A DNA stretch of 32,678 nt from Cypionkella sp. (GCA_041730635.1 JBGSBH010000001.1:1-32678); one strand, 5' to 3'; shown: positions 16,711-26,208, numbered from the stretch's first letter. Numbers and translations are program-made. The notes: a model not told the origin generated them from the letters alone.

Positions 16711-18567
16711 TTAGGGGTAGAGGCTGATCGCGAGGAAGGAGTCTTTTGGCATCCCGTCGCCGGCCGCCATCGGGGTCTCGCGGTCCATGATGGCGACGTT
16801 TCCGATTTGTGCCTTGCTGCCCTCGAGGCTAACGGTGAGCAGCTTTTGGCGCTCCTGCCAGTTACCCAGCAGCGCTCGCGCCTTCTCAAGCTCAGCCGCG
16901 TCCAGGCCTGCCTCATTCACGCCTGCAAGCGAGGTCGCGATACGTGTCAAAAGCTGCTCCTGAAGCACAACCTCCTGCCGCTCGTCACCGATCACACATG
17001 CAAGACCGCCCTTGCGCACCGGATCAAATAGGCGCTCCTTGCCGCCGCCTCGCCTGATCAGGACTTCGATGTTCGGGTACCGGTACGGAGGTGGACTATC
17101 CGGCAGCCCCACCCGCGTTAAGTGAGCAGCGAAGCGCTGCTGGAGCGCGAGCGCCTGCATCGAACGGAGACGCGCCACCTTCTCATATGCCATCTCGCCC
17201 ATTTGCCGGATAAAGCCATCCACCGGCAGCGTCATCAGATCGGATGCGTCCCAGTCAATGATGAGGTTGTCACCCTCGTGCATGAACAGATCGGTTCGGA
17301 TGATCGGCCGGTTCCCTGGGACCCGATCCACTTTCGCGCCAGTCCGCTTCGTCACGACACCCTTAAGAAGGAGCACCGTCTGGGTTTTTCCGTGCTCCAG
17401 ATCGCAGGCTTGAGAGATAACGACGCACGCCTTCTTGACGCGCTTGGTGCCTGTGCCGGTATCGCTGATGAAGACATCCCCCAGCTCCACGTCCAGCCGC
17501 CCGGGCTGAGCGGGAAGCGGCTCTGGCAATGATTGAAAGGCCGCCGCATCGGCCATTTTCACCACCGTCTCACTTGGGGCGAACGGCGAGGGCGGCCGGC
17601 CGGCAAAGGATAGTGCGTTCATGGAGGCGGTCGCAGAGCGCAGGCCGGCCTTATCCTCCACAAGCCGGCGGAGAAAACCGTCGAAGAGCCCGCTGACGTG
17701 ATCGCCAAAGCGCGCAGCTGCATCCTCGCCGAGCTTGGTTCTGATCTGGAAGTAGTCCTGAAGATCCAGGCCCATCACGGCCTTCTCGAAATCCTTGATC
17801 GCATCCGAAAGCGCTCCCGACCAAGCCTTGACGAAGGCGCCAATCGTTCTCGTCTGAGGCAAGAAGCGGACCATCGTCGCCAATGAGCTGACGAACTCCA
17901 TGCTATCGTCCTCGAACTCGGCCTTGCGAGCGAACTTGAACTGTGAGCCTAAGAGCTTCGCTTGTTCGCGAAACTTGCCGGCCTCCTTATCCTTCTTGAG
18001 CTCCGACGACATCAGGACAACGAGCGGCATCTCGTCCGGCCCGTAGTGCGAGACGATTTCCTCGATGCGCTGCCGCGACTTCTCGATCGATGGCGCACCC
18101 TTCGAGCCAAGATAATAGTCCATAAAGATCAGAGGATATTTGGGTGCGCCCTGGCCGCCCGGCCCGTCGCTGCCAACCGTAGTCACCGTCACGCCGAGCT
18201 CGCCCAACACCCGTATTAAATCCTCGAGCGGCTTCAGCCGGCCCGCGCGGTCATCCGCCACCCGCCCGAACACGGCGTTGCCGAGCTCCTGGAGGGGCCC
18301 CGCATCCCCTTGCCGCGCCTGCTCCAGAGCCTCTGCAAGCGCGACCGAGGCCGCAATCTGCGCGCCCAGGTTTTCCGGATCAGGGGGCACCGCGCCGCCT
18401 ACTGCTTCGAACGCTGGTGCCAGGTCATCGCTGGCTTCGAACAGCGCGAAGCCCCGCTCTAGATCCTCCTGCTCATACCGCTCGAATGGGTCGTAAACGT
18501 CGTCGACAACCAGCGCAGTAGTGACGCCCCTCTCGGTGAAGATCGCACGGGCTTGGTCTATTTGCAT
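16711..18567 (-). CDS. Large receiver-domain protein with an uncharacterised C-terminal region
   Basis: TALVVDD...(long insertion)...LIFMDYYLG...VVLMSS...RK receiver motifs; C-terminal LGDVF...VISQACDLE motif; no HTH output. TGATG coupling to the kinase. Confidence 0.75.
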   Translation of the reverse strand: MQIDQARAIFTERGVTTALVVDDVYDPFERYEQEDLERGFALFEASDDLAPAFEAVGGAVPPDPENLGAQIAASVALAEALEQARQGDAGPLQELGNAVFGRVADDRAGRLKPLEDLIRVLGELGVTVTTVGSDGPGGQGAPKYPLIFMDYYLGSKGAPSIEKSRQRIEEIVSHYGPDEMPLVVLMSSELKKDKEAGKFREQAKLLGSQFKFARKAEFEDDSMEFVSSLATMVRFLPQTRTIGAFVKAWSGALSDAIKDFEKAVMGLDLQDYFQIRTKLGEDAAARFGDHVSGLFDGFLRRLVEDKAGLRSATASMNALSFAGRPPSPFAPSETVVKMADAAAFQSLPEPLPAQPGRLDVELGDVFISDTGTGTKRVKKACVVISQACDLEHGKTQTVLLLKGVVTKRTGAKVDRVPGNRPIIRTDLFMHEGDNLIIDWDASDLMTLPVDGFIRQMGEMAYEKVARLRSMQALALQQRFAAHLTRVGLPDSPPPYRYPNIEVLIRRGGGKERLFDPVRKGGLACVIGDERQEVVLQEQLLTRIATSLAGVNEAGLDAAELEKARALLGNWQERQKLLTVSLEGSKAQIGNVAIMDRETPMAAGDGMPKDSFLAISLYP

Positions 18568-20969
18568 CAATTCAACCCATCGATGTCGAGGACGAAGGTA
18601 TTGAGACGGCCGCCGCGCGGCGTGTCCAGAAGGTAGAGGTCGCTATTGTGATAGCGCGCGATCTCGCGGGATATGTAGAGCCCCAGCCCCTTCCCCTCGC
18701 CCGGCGGCTTGGAAGAGACGAACGGCTTAAACACCTCCTCGGCGCGAGCGACGGGTATCCCCGGGCCGTTGTCGGTGAACCGGAGCTCCTGGTCGGCTGC
18801 GTCTATTTCGACGATGATCTTGGGGCTGAAGCTCGGATCGGCGCGTGACCTTTGCTTCAGCCAGAAGACAGAGTTGTCGATCAGGTTCTCAAGAACCTGG
18901 ACGATCATCCCCTTCACCGCGCGGATGCGAAACGACCCCTCCGGCTGCGGACCTGAGTCGAGCCGTATCGAGATGCCGTGGCGCTCGAATTGATTTGAAT
19001 GGGAGGCGAGGACCTCCTCGACCAGTTCGCGCAGGTCGAATACCTCGCGCCGATTGCGGCCTGAGGGGCTGAGCGGGTCCAGCATGTCCAAGCGCTTCCG
19101 GATCACAAGCATCTGACTTTCGACCGTGTCGAAAGCCGACGACACTGGTCGGGGGAGGCTGCGCCGCTCGAGCTGTCCGATGACATCCAGCGTGCGCTTG
19201 GCCACGCGGCCTAGCTCGTGCGACACGATCTCGACCAACAAGCCGATGCCAGCCAGATTGACCAAGTCGCGCTGCTCCCGCTCGGCGGTGGTGAGCGCGT
19301 CGCGCGCCGTCCGGAGCCGCTCTTCGAGCGCCTCATAGGTGCTGTCGAGAAAGTCCATGTCGCCGGCGCGCTCCGCGGGTACTATGCTGCGGATTTGCTT
19401 AAGCGTGCGCCGCGTCCGGGCCGACACGCTTTCGAGAAACGCCGTGGTGTCCTTGACGTCCAGCCGCGCTTTCGCCCGCTCCTCCCGCTCGACGGCGTTC
19501 AGGAAATTACGGAACGTTTCGGTGATCGCCTTCTGGAGCATGAGCACCAGCAGCGCCTTCTCTTCGTTGGTGCGAAGGCCCTCCCGATTGGTCTGATCGA
19601 TCAGCCGCGGATTGTCGCGCGACGATATGTTCACAGCGCCGATCAACTGCTTGCGGTTGACCTTATACCCGCTTGAACCCAGCGCGCGGAAGTCGATGCC
19701 CAGCCAGTCGTCGTTCGGCCCGCCATAGGGATTCACCCTGAACCCATCGCGGTACATGAGCAGTCCGTTCGCCCAGTGGTTCACGATGTCGCGAACCTCC
19801 GCGCGCGTGCCGACGCCATCGAGCTGTGTCAGCTTCTGACGGTTGAACCAATGGAAGTGCGCCGTGAACGGTCCGAGCGAACGCATTGCGGCGAGCGAGA
19901 TGTCTTCGTTGGCCGTGATACCCAGCAGATCGTCCTGGTCCCAGTGTATTGTCACCGTCCGACCGTAAGCCAGATAGTCGATCGTGAAGACGAAGTGTGG
20001 GCCTTCTTCGTCGATGTAGTAGTTGATATCACCCTTCGCCTGAGCCTCGGTGAGAAGGCGGCGCTCGAAGGTCGGGATCGGCACGTTGCGGCCGTTCACC
20101 CTGATGACGATCGGATAGCGTGCTTTGTCGGTGAACGGATCGAACAGCCGGTCCATTTGACTGGCGACGATCCGGCGCACGCGCTCCACATCCCAATCAG
20201 CGTTCAACGAGCGCAGCTCTATCCGCGTACCCTGCTCGCTCGGATCCTCCTTCCACTCACCGGGCTCGGGCTCAATCCGAATGTCCTCCAAACGCTCGGA
20301 AGAGGCGTGGGTGAACCGGTTCCAATCGATCCGGAGGACGTTCCAACGCTCTTCGCCAGAGCGTGTCGTCACAACCGTAAGGTGGTTGGCCAGGCGCATT
20401 GTCGACAACCGGCCGATACCTTTGCCTCCAACGTAGTGGCGCTGCCCCCCGCCCTCTAAGCGCGAGCGCGTGCCAATCGTCAGAAAGACATCTCGGAGCT
20501 GCTGCTGCGACATGCCTTCGCCGCTGTCGACAATCTCAAGCAGATTCAGACGGTCGTAGGCATCGGCTAGGCGATCCTCGAGGTCCTGGAGGGTCTCAGC
20601 ATCGCCTACCGCTTCGGCAAAGGCGCGGCGCTCATCATCCGGCGCTGTGTCGTCCACCAAGCCGACAATCTCGCCTATGAGCTTGGCGACGAGCTCCTCC
20701 TCGTCCGGCGCCTCCTCTTCCTCATCGTCGTCGACATCAGCATCTCGTTCCAGCGAGGCACGAGCGGCCTCGATGCGTGCCAGCTGATTGCGAAGCGAGC
20801 TGTGGCGGAAGACGCTCACCACCTGAACGACCGCTCTCTTAGACCCCGCGTCGTAGGCGTTCTTAATGAGTTCGTAGAGGGCGATCGCATCGCTGCTGAT
20901 CAGCTCCGCGCCAAGCTCCAAAATTGTGCGCGCGGCGACCGTAAAGCCGCGCGAGGGCTCCAACGCCAT
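18567..20969 (-). CDS. MORC/GHKL ATPase fused to a histidine kinase (cytoplasmic, 800 aa)
   Basis: N-terminal GHKL: ELIKNAYDA, DSGEGM, GGKGIGR, QGTRI. S5-like region: YRDGFRVNPYG...DQTNREG. C-terminal kinase: H-box IVSHELGR, ENLIDNS, DNGPGI, FKPFVSSK, GKGLGL. No transmembrane helices. Confidence 0.9.
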   Translation of the reverse strand: MALEPSRGFTVAARTILELGAELISSDAIALYELIKNAYDAGSKRAVVQVVSVFRHSSLRNQLARIEAARASLERDADVDDDEEEEAPDEEELVAKLIGEIVGLVDDTAPDDERRAFAEAVGDAETLQDLEDRLADAYDRLNLLEIVDSGEGMSQQQLRDVFLTIGTRSRLEGGGQRHYVGGKGIGRLSTMRLANHLTVVTTRSGEERWNVLRIDWNRFTHASSERLEDIRIEPEPGEWKEDPSEQGTRIELRSLNADWDVERVRRIVASQMDRLFDPFTDKARYPIVIRVNGRNVPIPTFERRLLTEAQAKGDINYYIDEEGPHFVFTIDYLAYGRTVTIHWDQDDLLGITANEDISLAAMRSLGPFTAHFHWFNRQKLTQLDGVGTRAEVRDIVNHWANGLLMYRDGFRVNPYGGPNDDWLGIDFRALGSSGYKVNRKQLIGAVNISSRDNPRLIDQTNREGLRTNEEKALLVLMLQKAITETFRNFLNAVEREERAKARLDVKDTTAFLESVSARTRRTLKQIRSIVPAERAGDMDFLDSTYEALEERLRTARDALTTAEREQRDLVNLAGIGLLVEIVSHELGRVAKRTLDVIGQLERRSLPRPVSSAFDTVESQMLVIRKRLDMLDPLSPSGRNRREVFDLRELVEEVLASHSNQFERHGISIRLDSGPQPEGSFRIRAVKGMIVQVLENLIDNSVFWLKQRSRADPSFSPKIIVEIDAADQELRFTDNGPGIPVARAEEVFKPFVSSKPPGEGKGLGLYISREIARYHNSDLYLLDTPRGGRLNTFVLDIDGLN

Positions 20970-21203
20970 CAGTGCGCGGCTTCCAAAAACGAATATGTCA
21001 CCGGTCTCAAACCTGCATTACCCTCGAAATGGCAGACGGAACATAGCGACAGATGCTGCGCGGAAGCCAGCCCGTCACGATCCAATCGCGCACGGCTGCA
21101 ACTAGGCCGCACTTCGTCAAATGTCATCGACGAAGGAATACCTGGCCATCCGGCTGTGTTGCCCAGTTAACAGAACTGTAGAGCGAGAGAACGGCGGCTG
21201 TCG

Positions 21204-21255
21204 CCGTGACGGGTTGATGGCCGAGAGAGAGGCTCCCGGCCGGCCCGTCACGGAG
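21204..21255 (+). repeat. Structured leader repeat type 1, copy A (upstream of DUF932)
   Basis: CCGTGACGGG (21204-21213) / CCCGTCACGG (21244-21253) outer stem; inner stem ggccgagag-AGAGG-ctcccggcc. Confidence 0.8.
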
Positions 21256-21262
21256 ACCTCCT

Positions 21263-22471
21263 ATGCTTCAGCAAGTCATTCCGGCCGGCCAGGCCGGCGC
21301 CCGCGAACGCGCGTCCGGCGCGTACAAGGTCGACATCAGCCGCGGCGAGCGCATCGGACGCGTGTCATCCGAGTGGTTCTCGCGGCCCGACGACGAGCGC
21401 TACCTCTCGCTGACCGAGCTCTACGAGGCGGTGCGCGCTCGCACCGAGCGCGCCACCGCCCGCACCGTCGAGAGCCGCGCCATCCGCGTCGAAGCTGCCC
21501 GCGACGACGCAGAGCGCCTGAGCCTCGTCGTGCCTGGCGCGCCCGAGCCCATCGCGCCCCCCCACTGGTCGTTCGGCCAGATCTGTAGCCTGCTCGGCGT
21601 GCCCGCCGGTTACCTTCGCCAGCTCCCGGCGCCCTTAGCTGGCATCAACATGCAGCACGGGCTGCTGTCGCACCGGACCGAACTCGTGAAGACGCTGGAG
21701 GCCGACGATGGACGTGTCGAACTGCGCGCCGTCACCGGCCCCGACTACGGCCGCATCTGGGACCACGAGCTGGTCGCCGCTGTCATGAAGATCGCCGGGA
21801 ACGGCACGGGCGACACACGCTGGAAGGTGCCGGGCCTGCTCGACTGGTCGACCATGACCCACAACCCGTTCGTCGAGGTGACGAAGGATACGACAACGCT
21901 CTATGCGTCCGATCGGGACGTCTTCCTGTTCCTGGTCGACGACGCCCACCCGATCGAGGCGGGACGGCTGCCGAACGGCGACCCCGACCTCTACTTCCGC
22001 GGCTTCTATGCCTGGAACTCGGAGGTCGGCTCGAAGACGCTCGGTATCGCGAGCTTTTACCTGCGCGCCGTCTGCATGAACCGCAACATCTGGGGCGCGG
22101 AGGGCTTCGAGGAGATCTCGATCCGACACAGCAAGTTCGCTGGCCACCGCTTCGCGCACCAGGCCGCGCCCGCGCTGACCCGCTTCGCCGACAGCTCGCC
22201 CATGGCGTTCATGGCCGGCATCAAGGCGGCGCGCGAGGCGATCGTAGCGCGCAAGGACGAGGACCGAGAGAGCTTCCTCAGAAAGCGCGGCTTCTCCAAG
22301 CCGGTGACGGAGAAGATCATCGCTACCGTGCTCGACGAGGAGGGCCGGCCGCCCGAGAGCGTGTTCGACTTCGTGCAGGGCATCACCGCGCTGGCGCGCA
22401 CCCGCCCGCATCAGGACGCCCGGCTCGAGCTGGAGGCTCGCGCCTCCAAGCTACTCGCCAGCGTCAACTAG
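21263..22471 (+). CDS. DUF932 domain protein (ICE leading region)
   Basis: GERIGRVSSEWFSRPDDERYLSL, PHWSFGQ, ELRAVTGPDYGRIWD, LYASDRDVF, FRGFYAWNSEVGS, CMNRNIWG. Confidence 0.88.
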   Translation: MLQQVIPAGQAGARERASGAYKVDISRGERIGRVSSEWFSRPDDERYLSLTELYEAVRARTERATARTVESRAIRVEAARDDAERLSLVVPGAPEPIAPPHWSFGQICSLLGVPAGYLRQLPAPLAGINMQHGLLSHRTELVKTLEADDGRVELRAVTGPDYGRIWDHELVAAVMKIAGNGTGDTRWKVPGLLDWSTMTHNPFVEVTKDTTTLYASDRDVFLFLVDDAHPIEAGRLPNGDPDLYFRGFYAWNSEVGSKTLGIASFYLRAVCMNRNIWGAEGFEEISIRHSKFAGHRFAHQAAPALTRFADSSPMAFMAGIKAAREAIVARKDEDRESFLRKRGFSKPVTEKIIATVLDEEGRPPESVFDFVQGITALARTRPHQDARLELEARASKLLASVN

Positions 22472-22537
22472 GCGGCCCGAAGATTTCAGCCCGCGCGCGC
22501 CGTCTTCTCCTCCTTAGAGGAAGAGGGCGGCGCTGCG

Positions 22538-22590
22538 CTCCGTGACGGGTTTGAGGCTGGGAGAGAGGCTCTCGGCCGCCCGTCGCGGAG
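22538..22590 (+). repeat. Structured leader repeat type 1, copy B (upstream of parB)
   Basis: CTCCGTGACGGG (22538-22549) / CCCGTCGCGGAG (22579-22590) outer stem; inner stem ggctgggag-AGAGG-ctctcggcc. Confidence 0.8.
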
Positions 22591-22597
22591 AAGTGCA

Positions 22598-24784
22598 ATG
22601 GCAAAGTCTCAACCCAAGCTCGCGCTCAGCGTTTCGCGCGACATCCCGTTCGACAAGCTCGTGCTGTCGCAGTCGAACGTGCGCCGGATCAAGGCCGGCG
22701 TCGGCATAGAAGATCTGGCGGAGGATATCGCGCGCCGGACCTTGCTCCAGAGCCTCACCGTCCGCGCAGTGGTGGACGGGGTTGGTCAGGCGACGGGCAT
22801 GTTCGAGGTGCCGTCGGGCGGCCGTCGCTACCGGGCGCTCGAACTTTTGGTCAAGCAGAAGCGGCTCGCCAAGACCGCGCCGGTGCCCTGCATCGTGCGC
22901 ACCGAGGGCGACGCTGAGGAGGACTCCCTCGCGGAAAACATTCAGCGTGCGCCCTTGCACCCGCTTGATCAGTTCCGCGCGTTCCTGGCGCTTCGCGAGA
23001 AGGGCCAGTCCGAGGAGGAGATTGCCGCCCACCAATTCGTGTCGGTGGCGGTTGTCAAGCAGCGGCTGAAGCTGGCGTCCGTGTCGCCGAAGATCCTCGA
23101 CGTCTATGCCGAGGACGGGCTCACGCTCGACCAGTTGATGGCGTTCACGGTCAACGGCGACCATGAGCGACAGGAGCAAGTGTTCGAGCGGCTCTGCCAG
23201 TCGTACGACAAGCAGCCCTTCACCATCCGGCGCATGCTGACCGAGGGCGCCGTCCGCGCGTCGGACAAGCGCGCGCAGTTCATCGGCATCGACGCCTATG
23301 TCGAGGCTGGGGGCTGCGTCATGCGCGACCTGTTCCAGGGCGACGACGGCGGTTGGCTGCAGGATGTCGGCCTCGTCGGCATGATGGTGGCGGAGCGCCT
23401 TCGCGAGGAGGCGACGCGCGTCGAGGCTGAGCGCTGGCGCTGGGTCGAGGTCTCGCCGGACTTCCCGTACGGGCACACATACGGCCTGCGCCAGCTCCGC
23501 GGCGAGCCGATCGGCATCACCGAGGAGGAGCAGGCCACGCGCGATGCGCTCCAGGCGGAGTATGACGGCCTGGTCGCCGAGTATGAGGACGCGCCCGAGC
23601 TGCCCGACGAAATCGACCAGCGGCTGGGCGAACTCGAGACCGCGATCGAGGCGATCGACAGGCGCCCCATCGCCTACGATCCCGCCGAGATGGCGCGCGC
23701 CGGCGCGTTTGTTAGCATCGACCGCGACGGCGGCCTTGTCGTCGAGCGCGGCTATGTCCGGCCCCAAGACGAGCTGCCGATCGAGCCCGCGCCCTTGGCC
23801 GAGGCGGAGAACGAGGCGAGCGCCGATGTACGCGCCATGTCCGCTTCCGCCGACCACGAGGGCAATGCGTTTGTCAGCGCCGTCGCCGAGCCCGCGGCCG
23901 AACCGGAAGAGGAGGACGGGCTCACTCCCATCTCCGACCGGCTCCTGACCGAGCTGACCGCGTTCCGCACCGTCGCGCTCCGCCAAGTGCTGGGCGAACG
24001 GCCGGAAGTCGCCTTCCTCGCGGCGCTGCACGCGCTCGTGCTGAAGACGTTCTACGCCTACAAGCTCGACACCTGCCTGGAGCTCGACGGCAAGAACGTG
24101 ACGTTCGGGACGCAGGCGCCCGGGCTGAACGACACCCCCGTAGCGGTGGTGATCCGGGAACGCGAGGCGCGTCTTTCGGCCATGCTGCCGAAGGAACCTG
24201 CCGACCTCTGGGACGCGCTCGCCGGGTTCGACGATCAGACTCGGCATGCGCTTTTCGCGCACTGCGTCGCGGCGACGGTGAACGCCGCCTATGAGCCCTG
24301 GAACCGGCGCCCCCGCGCCCTGGCCCATGCCGACCGGCTCGCCCAGGCGGTGGAACTCGACGCGGCGACGGCCGGGTGGAGGCCGACGGTCGACAGCTAT
24401 CTCGGCCGTGTCACCAAGGCGCGTATCCTGCAGGCGGTGGCCGAAGCGAAGGGACAACGGGCGGCGGATCGCATCGCGCACTTGAAGAAGGGAGAGATGG
24501 CGACCGAGGCCGAGACGCTGCTCGCGGAGACCGCCTGGGTGCCCGAGCCGCTGCGCACACCGGGCCGTGCCCCGGTCGAAGTGGCGGCCGATGAGGTGGG
24601 CGACAGCGCAAGGGTCAATGCGGACGAAGCCGCCGACAACGGCGACGCCGCGGACGAGTCTAGCGTCGACGACGAGCCCGGCGAGCAATCGGCGGCTCCG
24701 TCGCGCGAACCGGCTATCGCCAAAAGCGACGTGTTCGACGAGTTTGAGCACGCCGACGATGCGCCCCTGATCGCGGCCGAATAG
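22598..24784 (+). CDS. ParB/RepB/Spo0J-family protein of the ICE
   Basis: IPFDKLVLSQSNVRR, LLQSLTVR, GGRRYRAL, SLAENIQRAPLHPLDQFRAF; acidic C-terminal tail. Confidence 0.9.
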   Translation: MAKSQPKLALSVSRDIPFDKLVLSQSNVRRIKAGVGIEDLAEDIARRTLLQSLTVRAVVDGVGQATGMFEVPSGGRRYRALELLVKQKRLAKTAPVPCIVRTEGDAEEDSLAENIQRAPLHPLDQFRAFLALREKGQSEEEIAAHQFVSVAVVKQRLKLASVSPKILDVYAEDGLTLDQLMAFTVNGDHERQEQVFERLCQSYDKQPFTIRRMLTEGAVRASDKRAQFIGIDAYVEAGGCVMRDLFQGDDGGWLQDVGLVGMMVAERLREEATRVEAERWRWVEVSPDFPYGHTYGLRQLRGEPIGITEEEQATRDALQAEYDGLVAEYEDAPELPDEIDQRLGELETAIEAIDRRPIAYDPAEMARAGAFVSIDRDGGLVVERGYVRPQDELPIEPAPLAEAENEASADVRAMSASADHEGNAFVSAVAEPAAEPEEEDGLTPISDRLLTELTAFRTVALRQVLGERPEVAFLAALHALVLKTFYAYKLDTCLELDGKNVTFGTQAPGLNDTPVAVVIREREARLSAMLPKEPADLWDALAGFDDQTRHALFAHCVAATVNAAYEPWNRRPRALAHADRLAQAVELDAATAGWRPTVDSYLGRVTKARILQAVAEAKGQRAADRIAHLKKGEMATEAETLLAETAWVPEPLRTPGRAPVEVAADEVGDSARVNADEAADNGDAADESSVDDEPGEQSAAPSREPAIAKSDVFDEFEHADDAPLIAAE

Positions 24785-24853
24785 AGGCCATCCCCCAGGC
24801 CTCGGGAGGGCTCGCCGGCAACGGTGAGCCCTCTCCTTGTCGGAATAGAACCC

Positions 24854-25912
24854 ATGTCGCGAGCAACCGACCTGGCCCGCCGCCTGTCCCGCGAGGCGGA
24901 GGCGGTATGCCGCCATTATCTGTCCAACGGCCGGCGCGAGGGTCGCTACTGGCTCGTCGGCGACGTCGAGAACTCGCCGGGGCGGTCACTGTTCGTCCGA
25001 CTGACCGGACCGGAGAGCGGCAAGGGCGCCGCCGGCAAGTGGACCGACGCCGCCACTGGCGAGCACGGCGATCTGCTCGACCTGATCGCCGCCAACCAGC
25101 ACCTCGACACCCTGGCGGCCACGCTTGATGAGGCCAGCGACTTCCTGCGCCTGCCCCGACAGGAGCCTCCGCCGCGTGAACGTCAAGCTCCTGCACCGCA
25201 GGGCTCGCCCGAAGCAGCCCGCCGCCTCTGGGCCATGTCGCGCCCGATCCAAGGCACGATTGCCGAGACCTATTTACGTAAGCGCGGCATCACCGACCTG
25301 CGCAACTGCGGCACGCTCCGGTTCCACCCACAATGCTACTATCGCGGCAACGACGACGATCCGGCCGGAACCCCCGGGGCCTGGCCCGCTATGATCGCAT
25401 CCGTCCGGGACAGCGATGGTCGACTTACCGGTGTCAGCCGCACCTGGCTCGCGCTGGACGGCGGCGACAAGGCGCCAATATCGACACCGCGGCGGGCCAT
25501 GGGGCAGTTGCTCGGGCACGCCATCCGCTTCGGGGTGGCCGAGGACGTGATGGCGGCGGGCGAAGGCGTCGAGACGATGCTATCGCTTCGGCAGGTCACG
25601 CCCGATCTGCCCCTGGTCGCCGCAACTTCAGCCAACCACCTCGCCGCTCTGGAGCTGCCCGCCACCCTGCGCCGCCTTTACATCGTGCGCGACGATGACC
25701 CCGCCGGGCGGATGTCCACGGAGGCACTCGCCACCAGAGCACGGGAGGCCGGGATCGAGGCGCTGACGCTCGACGCGGCGCTGGGCGACCTCAACGACGA
25801 CCTGCGTCGGCTCGGCCGAGCCGAACTCGCGGCAGGCGTACGACTGCAGTTCGCCCCCGACGACGTGGCCCGCTTCCTCGTGCTGCACGACGCTGCCCAT
25901 TTACCCGGCTGA
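24854..25912 (+). CDS. Toprim-domain primase-like protein
   Basis: AEAVCRHYLSNGRREGRYWLVGD, GKWTDAATGEHGDLLDLI, AAGEGVETMLS, IVRDDDPAG, DLNDDL. Confidence 0.85.
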   Translation: MSRATDLARRLSREAEAVCRHYLSNGRREGRYWLVGDVENSPGRSLFVRLTGPESGKGAAGKWTDAATGEHGDLLDLIAANQHLDTLAATLDEASDFLRLPRQEPPPRERQAPAPQGSPEAARRLWAMSRPIQGTIAETYLRKRGITDLRNCGTLRFHPQCYYRGNDDDPAGTPGAWPAMIASVRDSDGRLTGVSRTWLALDGGDKAPISTPRRAMGQLLGHAIRFGVAEDVMAAGEGVETMLSLRQVTPDLPLVAATSANHLAALELPATLRRLYIVRDDDPAGRMSTEALATRAREAGIEALTLDAALGDLNDDLRRLGRAELAAGVRLQFAPDDVARFLVLHDAAHLPG

Positions 25913-26036
25913 TCGCAGGGAGCAGCTCGCCGTGGCGCGTCAACGGGGTCGCAGTCGCCGGGGAGAGCCGCGACTTCCGCCTGCCTAGAGGGGCGATCGG
26001 ACCGGAGCCGGCCCAAGCCAGCAACAGCTGCGCGCG

Positions 26037-26104
26037 ACTTTCTTCCCCGCGGCTACGCCGCTTCCTCGCGAAGCAAGAAAGTCGTGCTCGCCGTCCTCCG
26101 CTGC
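26037..26104 (+). repeat. Structured leader repeat type 2, copy A (upstream of DUF2493)
   Basis: ACTTTCTTCCCC-[GCGGC tac GCCGC]-TTCCTCGCGAAGCAAGAAAG...CCGTCCTCCGCTGC. Confidence 0.8.
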
Positions 26105-26208
26105 GCTTCGGCCGCGGCCACGAGGGCCGCGGTGCAGCCCCGGTCCGTCCCCGCTCTTCGCCGCCCACGGCAGGCCACGAGAGGCGCGGCCCCGGACAGG
26201 AGGCGACC

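Noticed and set aside
20969-21127. 52-codon minus-strand ORF (MTFDEVRPSC...) ending in TGATG at the kinase start
   Set aside because: No RBS, atypical codon usage and no motif; probably promoter DNA.
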